From assembly GCA_021777565.1 (NCBI GenBank), contig JAJYDJ010000002.1:133082-197081 (forward strand): a stretch of 64,000 nt of DNA, written 5' to 3'. Under the pieces are notes generated by a model. The model was given only the letters and a program-made list of their open reading frames with translations. It was not told the origin of the DNA and made no database searches. Each line of letters starts with the position of its first letter. The first letter of the stretch is position 1. The position numbers were made by a program, and so were the translations under genes. Shown here piece by piece: positions 1 through 8,325 of the stretch. Source of the DNA: a bacterium. GTDB lineage: Bacteria; Patescibacteriota; Microgenomatia; Levybacterales; UBA12049.

Positions 1-1
1 T

Positions 2-232
2 CTGTCTGATAGATTAAAGAAAAGACTGCAAAACCAAGAAGAAATTCTTGATGGAAGTTCCGAAGAGAAGGCACTTCGTGCAACAGTTATTGTTGTTGGT
101 GAGTATATAGCTAAGAAAATGAATTTGCCCGAGGCAAGTATCGATAGGCTTTTATGGGAACTGTCTCAAGAGATGGCAAGTGAAGGGGAATTACCTATCC
201 CACACATGCTTGTCGCTACTGATAAGTACTAA
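2..232 (+). CDS. C-terminal fragment of probable queuosine salvage protein (Qng1/DUF2419 family), truncated by window edge
   Basis: Manual translation of frame 2: LSDRLKKRLQNQEEILDGSSEEKALRATVIVVGEYIAKKMNLPEASIDRLLWELSQEMASEGELPIPHMLVATDKY*. It resembles the Q-salvage C-terminus (GS.EE..IRA, ID..LW, P.H....t..Y). Confidence 0.6.
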   Translation: MSDRLKKRLQNQEEILDGSSEEKALRATVIVVGEYIAKKMNLPEASIDRLLWELSQEMASEGELPIPHMLVATDKY

Positions 233-1095
233 AGAATCACACTGTCATCTTCGTCTGTCCTGACATTTGGGATCACGTAAATATCTTGTCTAAAGTTATT
301 CTCTCCAACAAATTCTGCCTCTCCTCGAAGCACTTTCTCATATGGCTCACAATGACTGCAGCCCCCGGTTTTACAGGTCAGTTTATTGAGTTTCCTCATC
401 AACTGAATCTCCCTGGCAATTTTCATGATAGTCTCATGTGCTTGCTGTGGATCGGGAAGCGCTGTCTCAACCATCCCATCGGGAAGACTAAGATACCAAT
501 AACTTGCTTTTGTGACAGTACGTTTTTGGGTATTCATGACAAGAAGAAGATAGATTGGGAGTTGCAGTGAATCAACATTCTCCTGTTTTGTGCGATTAGT
601 CTTAAAATCAATAATGTGGACGCTGTCACTTTCTCCCAAATATTCTAACCAGTCAATTTTCCCACAAAGAATGATGCCTTCGGTTTCTGAGATAAAGTAA
701 TGAGGAAGATCTTCTTTAATTTTCACAGACAGTTTCTTTAAGGGGCCTGGATTATTGAATACATTGGCGAGCATATCAATGCCTCTTTGTTTTGTTGTTT
801 CTTCAAGGTCTTGGCTGAAAAATCCACCTTTTCGTCCACTCACTTTCTCCCACGCATGCTCGAATCTGGCCAACAGTGGCTCATCAAAGCGTTTCTCAAC
901 CGGGAGGACAGAAAGGGATTCCAGGACTTCGTGAATAGCTGTCCCAAGCGAGAGGCTTGGTGCGGTAATCTGTAATTTGTGTCCTGTTTTTGGATCTTTA
1001 TAGACATCATGGAGGTAGTAGAGTCGTGGACACTTTAAGTAGTTAGAAATTGAACTATGAGAAAGCCAGAGAGCGCTAAATTTATCGATTGCCAT
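229..1095 (-). CDS. PD-(D/E)XK nuclease, RecB/AddB/Cas4-like, with probable Fe-S staple
   Basis: SHSSI..YLKCPR N-terminus, GKIDW and IIDFKT motifs, QLPIY, C-terminal C-x4-C-x2-C (CKTGGCSHC). Confidence 0.8.
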   Translation of the reverse strand: MAIDKFSALWLSHSSISNYLKCPRLYYLHDVYKDPKTGHKLQITAPSLSLGTAIHEVLESLSVLPVEKRFDEPLLARFEHAWEKVSGRKGGFFSQDLEETTKQRGIDMLANVFNNPGPLKKLSVKIKEDLPHYFISETEGIILCGKIDWLEYLGESDSVHIIDFKTNRTKQENVDSLQLPIYLLLVMNTQKRTVTKASYWYLSLPDGMVETALPDPQQAHETIMKIAREIQLMRKLNKLTCKTGGCSHCEPYEKVLRGEAEFVGENNFRQDIYVIPNVRTDEDDSVIL

Positions 1096-1137
1096 GCCCC
1101 CAGTATAACATAGGGTAAGTGGTGGGCAAGTAGGGAG

Positions 1138-1665
1138 TTAGGGAACATTACACACAATACCTTTTTGTAGTTTGTGAATATTATAGGCGGCCGTAATACA
1201 CAGGAGGAGTGTAGAAAGAAACATGATATCTGTATTGTGAGTGACAAAAAAAGTAGCCCCCGCAGAACTTCCCAGAAGTGCAATAAGAGAGAAACCGCAT
1301 GAGGTACACCCGCTATTTACCAGAGCGAGCATACCAATCCCTCCGACAGACCAGGTCGTTTTACCGACCCTTTCAAGCTGCAAGATAACTTCAATAACAA
1401 GGGCAAGGTTAATACCAGTAAGAAGGGCAGTTACCCAGAAAAGGACTTCCCCAAAAAGATCATGGGGCATCCAGTGGCTCATTAGAATTTGAAAAATAAC
1501 AGATGCTTTTACACTTAGAGTCGTGTGAAGTGTCAGTGCGTTAGTACTGATCCGCCAGGTAGCAATAACCGCAGCAAGAAAAACAAAAATGAAGCTTAAT
1601 ACACAAGCCATCACATAAAAACGAGTGGCTAACACAGTTGGGAGCTTCATGAGATAGTGTTTCAT
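1138..1665 (-). CDS. Hypothetical integral membrane protein with GCxxCG motif
   Basis: About 4 hydrophobic segments, SGCTSCG, C-terminal Cys. Start re-picked to ATG at 1665 to avoid overlap with the divergent gene. Confidence 0.65.
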   Translation of the reverse strand: MKHYLMKLPTVLATRFYVMACVLSFIFVFLAAVIATWRISTNALTLHTTLSVKASVIFQILMSHWMPHDLFGEVLFWVTALLTGINLALVIEVILQLERVGKTTWSVGGIGMLALVNSGCTSCGFSLIALLGSSAGATFFVTHNTDIMFLSTLLLCITAAYNIHKLQKGIVCNVP

Positions 1666-1724
1666 CCTCTGTAGAGTATCCCAAATCTGGACAGAGTACG
1701 TCAACGAGCGTACAATAAAAACAT

Positions 1725-2741
1725 ATGGCAAAGATCTTGTGCTTTGAGGCAGATTCATGGGAGCAAGAGGCGCTGACGCAAGGGTTAACAGGTCATGAGG
1801 TCGTATTTATTTCTGAGCCACTCAGTGTGGAAACTTCGCTGACACCAGAACAGCTTCAGGCTGAAGTCATCTGTACTTTTATCTACTCACAAATTACAAA
1901 AGAAGTTATAGAGAAATTCCCGCAACTCAAGCTTATCGTTACTCGTTCAACAGGCTTTGATCATATCGATCTCGCTGCTGCAAAAGAAAAAAATATCGTA
2001 GTGAGTAATGTCCCCAAGTATGGTATTCATACAGTTTCTGAACACACCTGGGCACTTTTGTTAGCATTGTCTCGTAAAATTATCCCATCAGTTGAACACA
2101 CCAAGAAAGGAAATTTCTTACTTGAAGGGTTGGCTGGTGTTGACCTGTTTGGCAAGACTCTTGGGGTAGTTGGGACAGGAAATATTGGGGCTGTGGTTGC
2201 AGAATATGGGATTGCTTTTGGTATGAAAGTTGTTGCATACAACAGAAGTCCAAGACCAGAGTTGGTTGCAAAAGGAGTGCAGTATGTGACTTTTGAAGAG
2301 CTTTTGGGACAATCAGATTTTATCTCGTTCCATCTTCCTTTAACTGCTGAGACCAATCATCTGTTGAATATGCAAAATATGCATCTGGTGAAAAAAGGCG
2401 CATTTATTATCAATGCTTCTCGTGGGGCAGTTATCGAGACAGAAGCGCTTGTAGAGCTCTTGCAACAGAAAGTTGTTCGCGCGGCAGGCCTTGATGTACT
2501 GGAAGGTGAGTGTGAAATTCATGAAGAAAGAGAGCTCCTCTCAGAAAAGTTCCTTGCAAACTGTGATATGAAGACACAACTCCTGGATCATCAACTTCTC
2601 ATGCGTGATGATGTCATTATTACGCCTCATAATGCATTCCATTCAGAGGAGAGTATTAAGGCAATCGCACAAACCTCAATAGAGGATATAACCAGCTTTT
2701 TGGCAGGTACACCTCAGAACCAGGTGGTGGTAGAGAAGTAA
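1725..2741 (+). CDS. D-2-hydroxyacid (D-lactate-type) dehydrogenase
   Basis: RSTGFDHID, GTGNIG Rossmann motif, INASRG, GLDVLEGE, ITPHNAF. Confidence 0.9.
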   Translation: MAKILCFEADSWEQEALTQGLTGHEVVFISEPLSVETSLTPEQLQAEVICTFIYSQITKEVIEKFPQLKLIVTRSTGFDHIDLAAAKEKNIVVSNVPKYGIHTVSEHTWALLLALSRKIIPSVEHTKKGNFLLEGLAGVDLFGKTLGVVGTGNIGAVVAEYGIAFGMKVVAYNRSPRPELVAKGVQYVTFEELLGQSDFISFHLPLTAETNHLLNMQNMHLVKKGAFIINASRGAVIETEALVELLQQKVVRAAGLDVLEGECEIHEERELLSEKFLANCDMKTQLLDHQLLMRDDVIITPHNAFHSEESIKAIAQTSIEDITSFLAGTPQNQVVVEK

Positions 2742-2744
2742 CGT

Positions 2745-4328
2745 ATGGAAAGCACACCGCAACAAGCAAGTCTTACCCATCTCTCCTTGGCGCTCATTCA
2801 CGCGTTTAGTCAGAAATCTATTGAAAGTGATGAAGAGAAGATCACTGTTAATAGACTTGTCTCGGAAATTGCTTCTTGGTATGAAAAACTGCGCAATTCA
2901 ATGGAGCTCTCTGACGACAGTGTTATATTGCGTAATGCCATTGAGCGCATTTTAAAACGAAGACTGCTTTTGGGGGGGACAGGTGAAAAGATTGCTGAAC
3001 CGCTTCTTAGAGAGCTTATTTGGGCACGATATTTCCCTGATAATTCCTTGCCCGAGAGGTTAATCAATGAAGTAGCAGGAACGATTGATATCTTTTTGGA
3101 CCTCAAGCATAAAACGCTTGAAAAGCACCACATCTCAGAAATCATGGTCAATGATTGGATTTTGAACTTACTCTCTTCACAAATTTCTCTGACCTTAGTT
3201 CCGAATAAAGAACGTCAGGCAATGAATAACTTTATGTACCACATCCTGTCTCAAGGGGTAGAGATAGAGGATGACACAGAGGAAACAAAAAATGTTCAAG
3301 TGTTCCTTGCAGTCAGACGATCCTTTGCAAAGGATGACCGGGCTTTTTTGCGATACTATTTATTCTTACAACTTTTCCCTGAGTTTGATAGGTCACACGT
3401 AGGAGAAGTGGCCGCAGCATTCCCAAAAGCAATAGCCGAAATTACCAGACAGCTAGAGTATCCATTAAAAGAAAAAATTCTTATCCGCGTGAAACGATTA
3501 ACACCAATCTTTACGATTCTTTTTGATGTTTTGGAGAAATATCATGGCAAGATTACCCCCCTTCTCTCCCAACCTGATAGTTTTGCAAAAGCAGTTTTTG
3601 AAGCATGTGACGTTCGATATACAGAGATTAAAGCACGCGTACAACGCACTATTGTCAGAAGTATTATTTTCTTGATCTTAACTAAAGTCGCCTTTGCTTT
3701 TGCCATCGAGGGGACATATGACGTGTATATGTATGGATCGATCCAAATGAAAGAGCTGATCATCAATATCATTGCACCGCCGCTTCTGATGATTATTGCC
3801 AGCTTCTTTATCAAGACCCCTGGAACTGAAAATAGTCGTAAGATTCTTCAAAAAATTACTCAGGTACTTTTTGAAGAGAAGCCGCGACTATTACCAGTGC
3901 TGCGAATTCGCTTGAAGAGGCAGTCAAAAAATCCATTAATGACAACTATATTTGCTGTCCTTTGGCTTGCTACGTTTGGCTTGAGCTTTGGACTTATTCT
4001 TTGGGGACTTGATAAGTTAAACTTTAACCCGGTAAGCCAGATTGTATTCATCTTCTTTATCACGATTGTTTCATTCCTGGCCTATCGTATTATGATTATT
4101 GCAAGAAGTTACACCATTGAAGTGACGCAAGGTGTTCTGACCCCAATTGTCGACTTACTCTTTATTCCAGTCGTAAAGATCGGCATGCGCCTGACTGATG
4201 GTATTTCACAAATTAACCCATTTGTACTCTTGTTTGATTTCCTCATTGAGGCGCCGTTTAAGACAATCTTTGGATTTTTTGAGCAACTTTTCTCATACCT
4301 TCACACCAAGAGAGAAGAGCTCGAGTAA
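2745..4328 (+). CDS. Hypothetical protein, soluble helical N-terminus plus multi-pass membrane C-terminus
   Basis: 527-aa ORF with hydrophobic helices after residue ~305; no recognised catalytic motif. Confidence 0.7.
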   Translation: MESTPQQASLTHLSLALIHAFSQKSIESDEEKITVNRLVSEIASWYEKLRNSMELSDDSVILRNAIERILKRRLLLGGTGEKIAEPLLRELIWARYFPDNSLPERLINEVAGTIDIFLDLKHKTLEKHHISEIMVNDWILNLLSSQISLTLVPNKERQAMNNFMYHILSQGVEIEDDTEETKNVQVFLAVRRSFAKDDRAFLRYYLFLQLFPEFDRSHVGEVAAAFPKAIAEITRQLEYPLKEKILIRVKRLTPIFTILFDVLEKYHGKITPLLSQPDSFAKAVFEACDVRYTEIKARVQRTIVRSIIFLILTKVAFAFAIEGTYDVYMYGSIQMKELIINIIAPPLLMIIASFFIKTPGTENSRKILQKITQVLFEEKPRLLPVLRIRLKRQSKNPLMTTIFAVLWLATFGLSFGLILWGLDKLNFNPVSQIVFIFFITIVSFLAYRIMIIARSYTIEVTQGVLTPIVDLLFIPVVKIGMRLTDGISQINPFVLLFDFLIEAPFKTIFGFFEQLFSYLHTKREELE

Positions 4329-4389
4329 CAGTTTGTATTACTTTGACCCCTTGATTAAATGTCTCTGTGAGGTGTACAACTAATACGCT

Positions 4390-4713
4390 ATGGCATATAA
4401 AACAGTAACTGACGCCACCTTCCAATCAGACGTTCTCAAATCACCAACTCCAGTTGTCGTTGATTTCTGGGCTCCTTGGTGTGGCCCCTGCCGCATTGTT
4501 GGCCCTATCATTGAGCAGCTTGCTGAAGAATATGGTGACAAAGTTGTTGTCGCAAAAATTGATGTAGATGAAAATCCTCAAACTGCTTCTCAATACGGGG
4601 TCATGAGCATCCCAACAATTGCCTTCTTCAAAGGAGGACAACCAGTGAAAACAGTGATTGGCGCACAGCCAAAAGAAGTTCTCAAGAAAGCAATTGACGA
4701 ATTGCTTGGTTAA
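4390..4713 (+). CDS. trxA: Thioredoxin
   Basis: VDFWAPWCGPC, SIPT. Confidence 0.97.
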   Translation: MAYKTVTDATFQSDVLKSPTPVVVDFWAPWCGPCRIVGPIIEQLAEEYGDKVVVAKIDVDENPQTASQYGVMSIPTIAFFKGGQPVKTVIGAQPKEVLKKAIDELLG

Positions 4714-4732
4714 GCTTCACAATACAGTCAGT

Positions 4733-5644
4733 ATGTACGATATCCTTATTATTGGTTCTGGACCTTCTGGTTTAACTGCTGCCATTTATGCGACCCGTGC
4801 AGGCCTTAAGACATTGGTTATTGCTGGTGTCCCCTGGGGTGGTCAACTGCAATTGACGACAGAGGTAGAAAACTTCCCGGGATTTCCTGATGGCATTTTG
4901 GGGCCAGAGCTCATGAACAATATGCGCAAACAGGCAGAGAAGTTTGGAACAGAGTTTGTTGATGCGGCAATGGACCCTACTGATTTCTCAACTCAAAAAG
5001 GGACGTTTACTGTTACAGCAGATGGGAAGACATATCAGGGGAGAGCAGTGTTAATTGCAACCGGTGCCGATGCGAAGACAATTGGAGTAGACGGAGAGAA
5101 AGAGCTGACAGGACATGGTATTTCTTACTGTGCTACTTGTGATGGTGCCTTTTTCCGTAACAAAAATATTATTGTTGTGGGAGGCGGGGATAGTGCGATG
5201 GAAGAAGCACTGTTTTTAACAAACTTTGCATCTAGCGTAACGATAGTGCATAGAAGAGATGAATTTAAAGCGTCACAAATTATGCTCGAAAGAGCAAAAC
5301 AGCACCCCAAGATTAAAATCCTCACAAACAAGCAAATCGTCAAAGTAGAAGGACAGGGGAGAGTTGAAGGGGTTGTACTAAAAGACACGGTAAGTGGGGT
5401 AGAGGAGCCTATGGCAATTGATGGCATTTTTGTAGCAATCGGACATCAACCAAATAGTAAGGTATTTCAAGGAGTTACGGTCAATGAAACAGGCTATGTA
5501 CAAGCGATGCATGGGACAAATACGAATATTGAAGGAGTTTTTGTAGCAGGGGATGTACAGGACGATCACTATCGCCAAGCAATCACCGCGGCAGGATTTG
5601 GTGCTATGGCTGCTATCGATATAGAGAAGTGGCTAAGAAAGTAG
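4733..5644 (+). CDS. trxB: Thioredoxin reductase
   Basis: GSGPSG, CATCDG, GGGDSA, VFVAGDV; start re-picked to ATG 4733. Confidence 0.96.
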   Translation: MYDILIIGSGPSGLTAAIYATRAGLKTLVIAGVPWGGQLQLTTEVENFPGFPDGILGPELMNNMRKQAEKFGTEFVDAAMDPTDFSTQKGTFTVTADGKTYQGRAVLIATGADAKTIGVDGEKELTGHGISYCATCDGAFFRNKNIIVVGGGDSAMEEALFLTNFASSVTIVHRRDEFKASQIMLERAKQHPKIKILTNKQIVKVEGQGRVEGVVLKDTVSGVEEPMAIDGIFVAIGHQPNSKVFQGVTVNETGYVQAMHGTNTNIEGVFVAGDVQDDHYRQAITAAGFGAMAAIDIEKWLRK

Positions 5645-5735
5645 GGAAGGGAAAGAGTAGGCTTCTGTAGAGTAAGGAAACCAGCATATACCCTCATTTG
5701 ATATAGTTTGTTATCGTTCTCCTCTGCTCAATCGC

Positions 5736-5769
5736 TTGACAGCATATCAGTGTACTAGTATAGTAGACA
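5736..5769 (+). promoter_or_regulatory. Sigma70 promoter overlapped by a Trp-box-like operator
   Basis: TTGACA (5736-5741), 17 nt, TATAGT (5759-5764); GTACTAGT at 5752-5759 matches the E. coli TrpR half-site; SD AGGAG at 5771. Confidence 0.65.
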
Positions 5770-5781
5770 AAGGAGTATCAT

Positions 5782-6030
5782 ATGAATGAACTTGAAGATT
5801 TGATCAAAGAGGTCCAGTGGGCACAGAAAAACCAACAACTTGAGAACCTGTTAGAAGGTTTACTGACACCAGCTGAAATTCGAGAATTTTCACAACGACT
5901 TGAAATTATTAAGCTTTTGAAAAAAGGAATCCCACAACACGAAATTGCTGCACGACTGAAAGTCGGTGTCGCGACAGTGAGTCGTGGGGCGAAGGAAATT
6001 CTGTTGGGTCGGTTCGAGACAGTAAGCTAG
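5782..6030 (+). CDS. trpR: Trp repressor family protein (TrpR/YerC-like)
   Basis: LLTPAE...R.EI..LL...PQHEIA..L.VGVATVSRG is the TrpR HTH; lies upstream of trpS. Confidence 0.8.
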   Translation: MNELEDLIKEVQWAQKNQQLENLLEGLLTPAEIREFSQRLEIIKLLKKGIPQHEIAARLKVGVATVSRGAKEILLGRFETVS

Positions 6031-6050
6031 CGATCTGATACAATACGCGT

Positions 6051-6440
6051 ATGATTACTATTGACGATTTTGCAAAAGTTGAAGTCAGAGTGGGTACTCT
6101 TCTGGAAGTTACTAAAGTTCCAGAAGCGGATCGACTGTTGCAGCTGATTTTTGACTTTGGTCCCCTCCCTGCAGAGCCACTGGAGATTGAACTGTTACCA
6201 GAGTTGACAGAAAAATATCCAGGTCGACAGGTGAGGCAAATTATGTCTGCAATTGCAGGATTCTTCCCAGATCCATCTGTGCTTGTTGGTAAACAAATTG
6301 CCGTCTGTACCAATCTTGAGCCCAGAAAATTTAAAGGATATGTCTCTCAGGGCATGATCTTGGCTCTTGGCGATGAAGAGACAGGACTGAGTCTACTCAT
6401 CCCTGAAAAACCAGTTGAACCAGGTGCAAAATTACACTAA
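6051..6440 (+). CDS. Stand-alone tRNA-binding OB-fold protein (Trbp111/CsaA/MetRS C-terminal-like)
   Basis: ITIDDFAKVEVRVG, RQIMSAI, NLEPRKFKG.VSQGMIL. Confidence 0.88.
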   Translation: MITIDDFAKVEVRVGTLLEVTKVPEADRLLQLIFDFGPLPAEPLEIELLPELTEKYPGRQVRQIMSAIAGFFPDPSVLVGKQIAVCTNLEPRKFKGYVSQGMILALGDEETGLSLLIPEKPVEPGAKLH

Positions 6441-6443
6441 TTT

Positions 6444-7442
6444 ATGAAAAAAAGAATATTAACGGGAGATACGCCTACTGGCAAATTGCATATCGGGCAT
6501 TATGTTGGAACACTGAAAAATCGTGTTGCCCTGCAAGATGAATATGAAGAATTTATTATCCTTGCTGATACCCATGCCTTGTCAACATTAAGTGGGAATC
6601 CTCGAGTTATTCAAGGACATACTCTCTCTGTTCTTCTTGCAAACTTGGCAGTAGGCCTTGACCCTGAAAAAGTGCATTTCTTTGCGGAGTCATTAATCCC
6701 AGAAATTTATGAAATGGCTGCAATCTTTTCAATGTATGTGTCTCATAACCGCGCACTGCGCAATCCAACAGTAAAAGATGAAATCACGATGAAAGGGCTT
6801 GGAGACCGGTTTAGTCTTGGGTTTGTGAACTATCCAATTTTCCAAGCTGCAGATATTCTTTGTGTCAAAGCAGATTTAGTCCCTGTTGGGAAAGATCAAG
6901 AGGCTCACATTGAACAAACTCGAGAATTGGCTCGTGAAATGAATAGGATCGCTGGGAGTGAAGTTTTCCCAGAACCAGAGGGGCTTATTGGTGAAATTGG
7001 TAAATTGGTTGGTACTGATGGAAATCCCAAAATGGGTAAAAGTCTCGGGAATACGATCTACTTAGGAGCGACTACTGATGAGATAAAAGAAAAAGTAATG
7101 AGCATGTATACTGACCCCAATCGTATTCATGCAAGCGACCCCGGAAAAGTAGAAGGGAATCCCGTATTTATTTACTTAGATGCGTTTAAGACGCCTGAGG
7201 ATGAAGAGCAAATAGCTCAGTTCAAACAAGCCTATACACAAGGCCATGTGGGAGATGTGGAAGTCAAAACATATTTGGTCGGCGTATTGGATCGTTTTAT
7301 GGCACCTATTAGAGAGCGAATGGAGAAATATAATAATGAAAAGTTACTCCTTGAAATTTTGCATGCAGGTTCCAAAACGACACAGGGAGAAGCACAAAAA
7401 AACCTTGAAGAAGTTAAAAAAATTATTGGATTTGTTTATTAA
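6444..7442 (+). CDS. trpS: Tryptophanyl-tRNA synthetase
   Basis: TGDTPTGKLHIGH, YPIFQAADIL, VPVGKDQ, KMGKS. Confidence 0.96.
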   Translation: MKKRILTGDTPTGKLHIGHYVGTLKNRVALQDEYEEFIILADTHALSTLSGNPRVIQGHTLSVLLANLAVGLDPEKVHFFAESLIPEIYEMAAIFSMYVSHNRALRNPTVKDEITMKGLGDRFSLGFVNYPIFQAADILCVKADLVPVGKDQEAHIEQTRELAREMNRIAGSEVFPEPEGLIGEIGKLVGTDGNPKMGKSLGNTIYLGATTDEIKEKVMSMYTDPNRIHASDPGKVEGNPVFIYLDAFKTPEDEEQIAQFKQAYTQGHVGDVEVKTYLVGVLDRFMAPIRERMEKYNNEKLLLEILHAGSKTTQGEAQKNLEEVKKIIGFVY

Positions 7443-7480
7443 AGAGTGGACATCTTCCCTCAGTTTGTTATGATTGCCCC

Positions 7481-8293
7481 ATGCAATTAACGTCACAAGA
7501 AATTACTGCATTCCAAAAAAAGATTTTAGAATGGTACGAAAAAAATCAGCGTTCACTCCCCTGGCGTCATAACCGTGACCCCTATAGAATTCTCATTTCA
7601 GAAGTTATGCTTCAACAGACCCAAGTTGCGCGGGTCATAGAGAAGTACCAATTGTGGATGCACTCCTTCCCTACCATTCAGGAATTAGCGAACGCATCAA
7701 CTCGAGATGTTCTGTCTCACTGGTCAGGTTTGGGTTATAACAGGCGTGCGCTATTTCTTCACCGGTTGGCAAAAGAGCTTGTTGAAACATACGATGGTAA
7801 ATTTCCGGAGAGTGAGAAGGTATTGTTGTCTCTCCCTGGAATTGGCAAATACACGGCGCGTGCATTACTGTGTTTTGCTTTTGACCAGCAAATTGCAGTG
7901 GTTGATACGAACATTAAAAAGATCATTTTAACGCAATTTCCTCAAGCAAAAGACGTTTCAGAGAGAGAGATTGAAGAGATTGCCGGAAGTTTACTACCTG
8001 AGGGGAAAGCCTATGAATGGAATCAGGCGCTTATGGATTATGCCAGTATGGAATTGAAAAATATTGCTCATCCACGAGTTGCAAAACAGAAGCCGTTTCA
8101 ACAATCGGACAGACTCTATAGAGGGGAAATACTACGCATTCTTTTAAAAAATTCATCCTTGTCAGAGAATGATCTCTATCGGGAAGTCTGTAAGAAAAAA
8201 GAGGTAGAACGTACGCGTTTTGAACGTATTCTCTCTGGAATGGTACGTGAAGATTTACTCAAGAGACAGGGGCAAATGATAGCTATTATCTAG
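7481..8293 (+). CDS. mutY: MutY-like HhH-GPD adenine glycosylase lacking the Fe-S cysteines
   Basis: LPWR, ISEVMLQQTQV, WSGLGYNRRA, LPGIGKYTA, VVDTN, NQALMD. Confidence 0.85.
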   Translation: MQLTSQEITAFQKKILEWYEKNQRSLPWRHNRDPYRILISEVMLQQTQVARVIEKYQLWMHSFPTIQELANASTRDVLSHWSGLGYNRRALFLHRLAKELVETYDGKFPESEKVLLSLPGIGKYTARALLCFAFDQQIAVVDTNIKKIILTQFPQAKDVSEREIEEIAGSLLPEGKAYEWNQALMDYASMELKNIAHPRVAKQKPFQQSDRLYRGEILRILLKNSSLSENDLYREVCKKKEVERTRFERILSGMVREDLLKRQGQMIAII

Positions 8294-8325
8294 CGAAGAT
8301 TCTCTGGAAATGGTATACTTTGCAC

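Noticed and set aside
229-1095. CRISPR-Cas locus suggested by the Cas4-like gene
   Set aside because: No repeat-spacer array or cas1/cas2 seen in the window.
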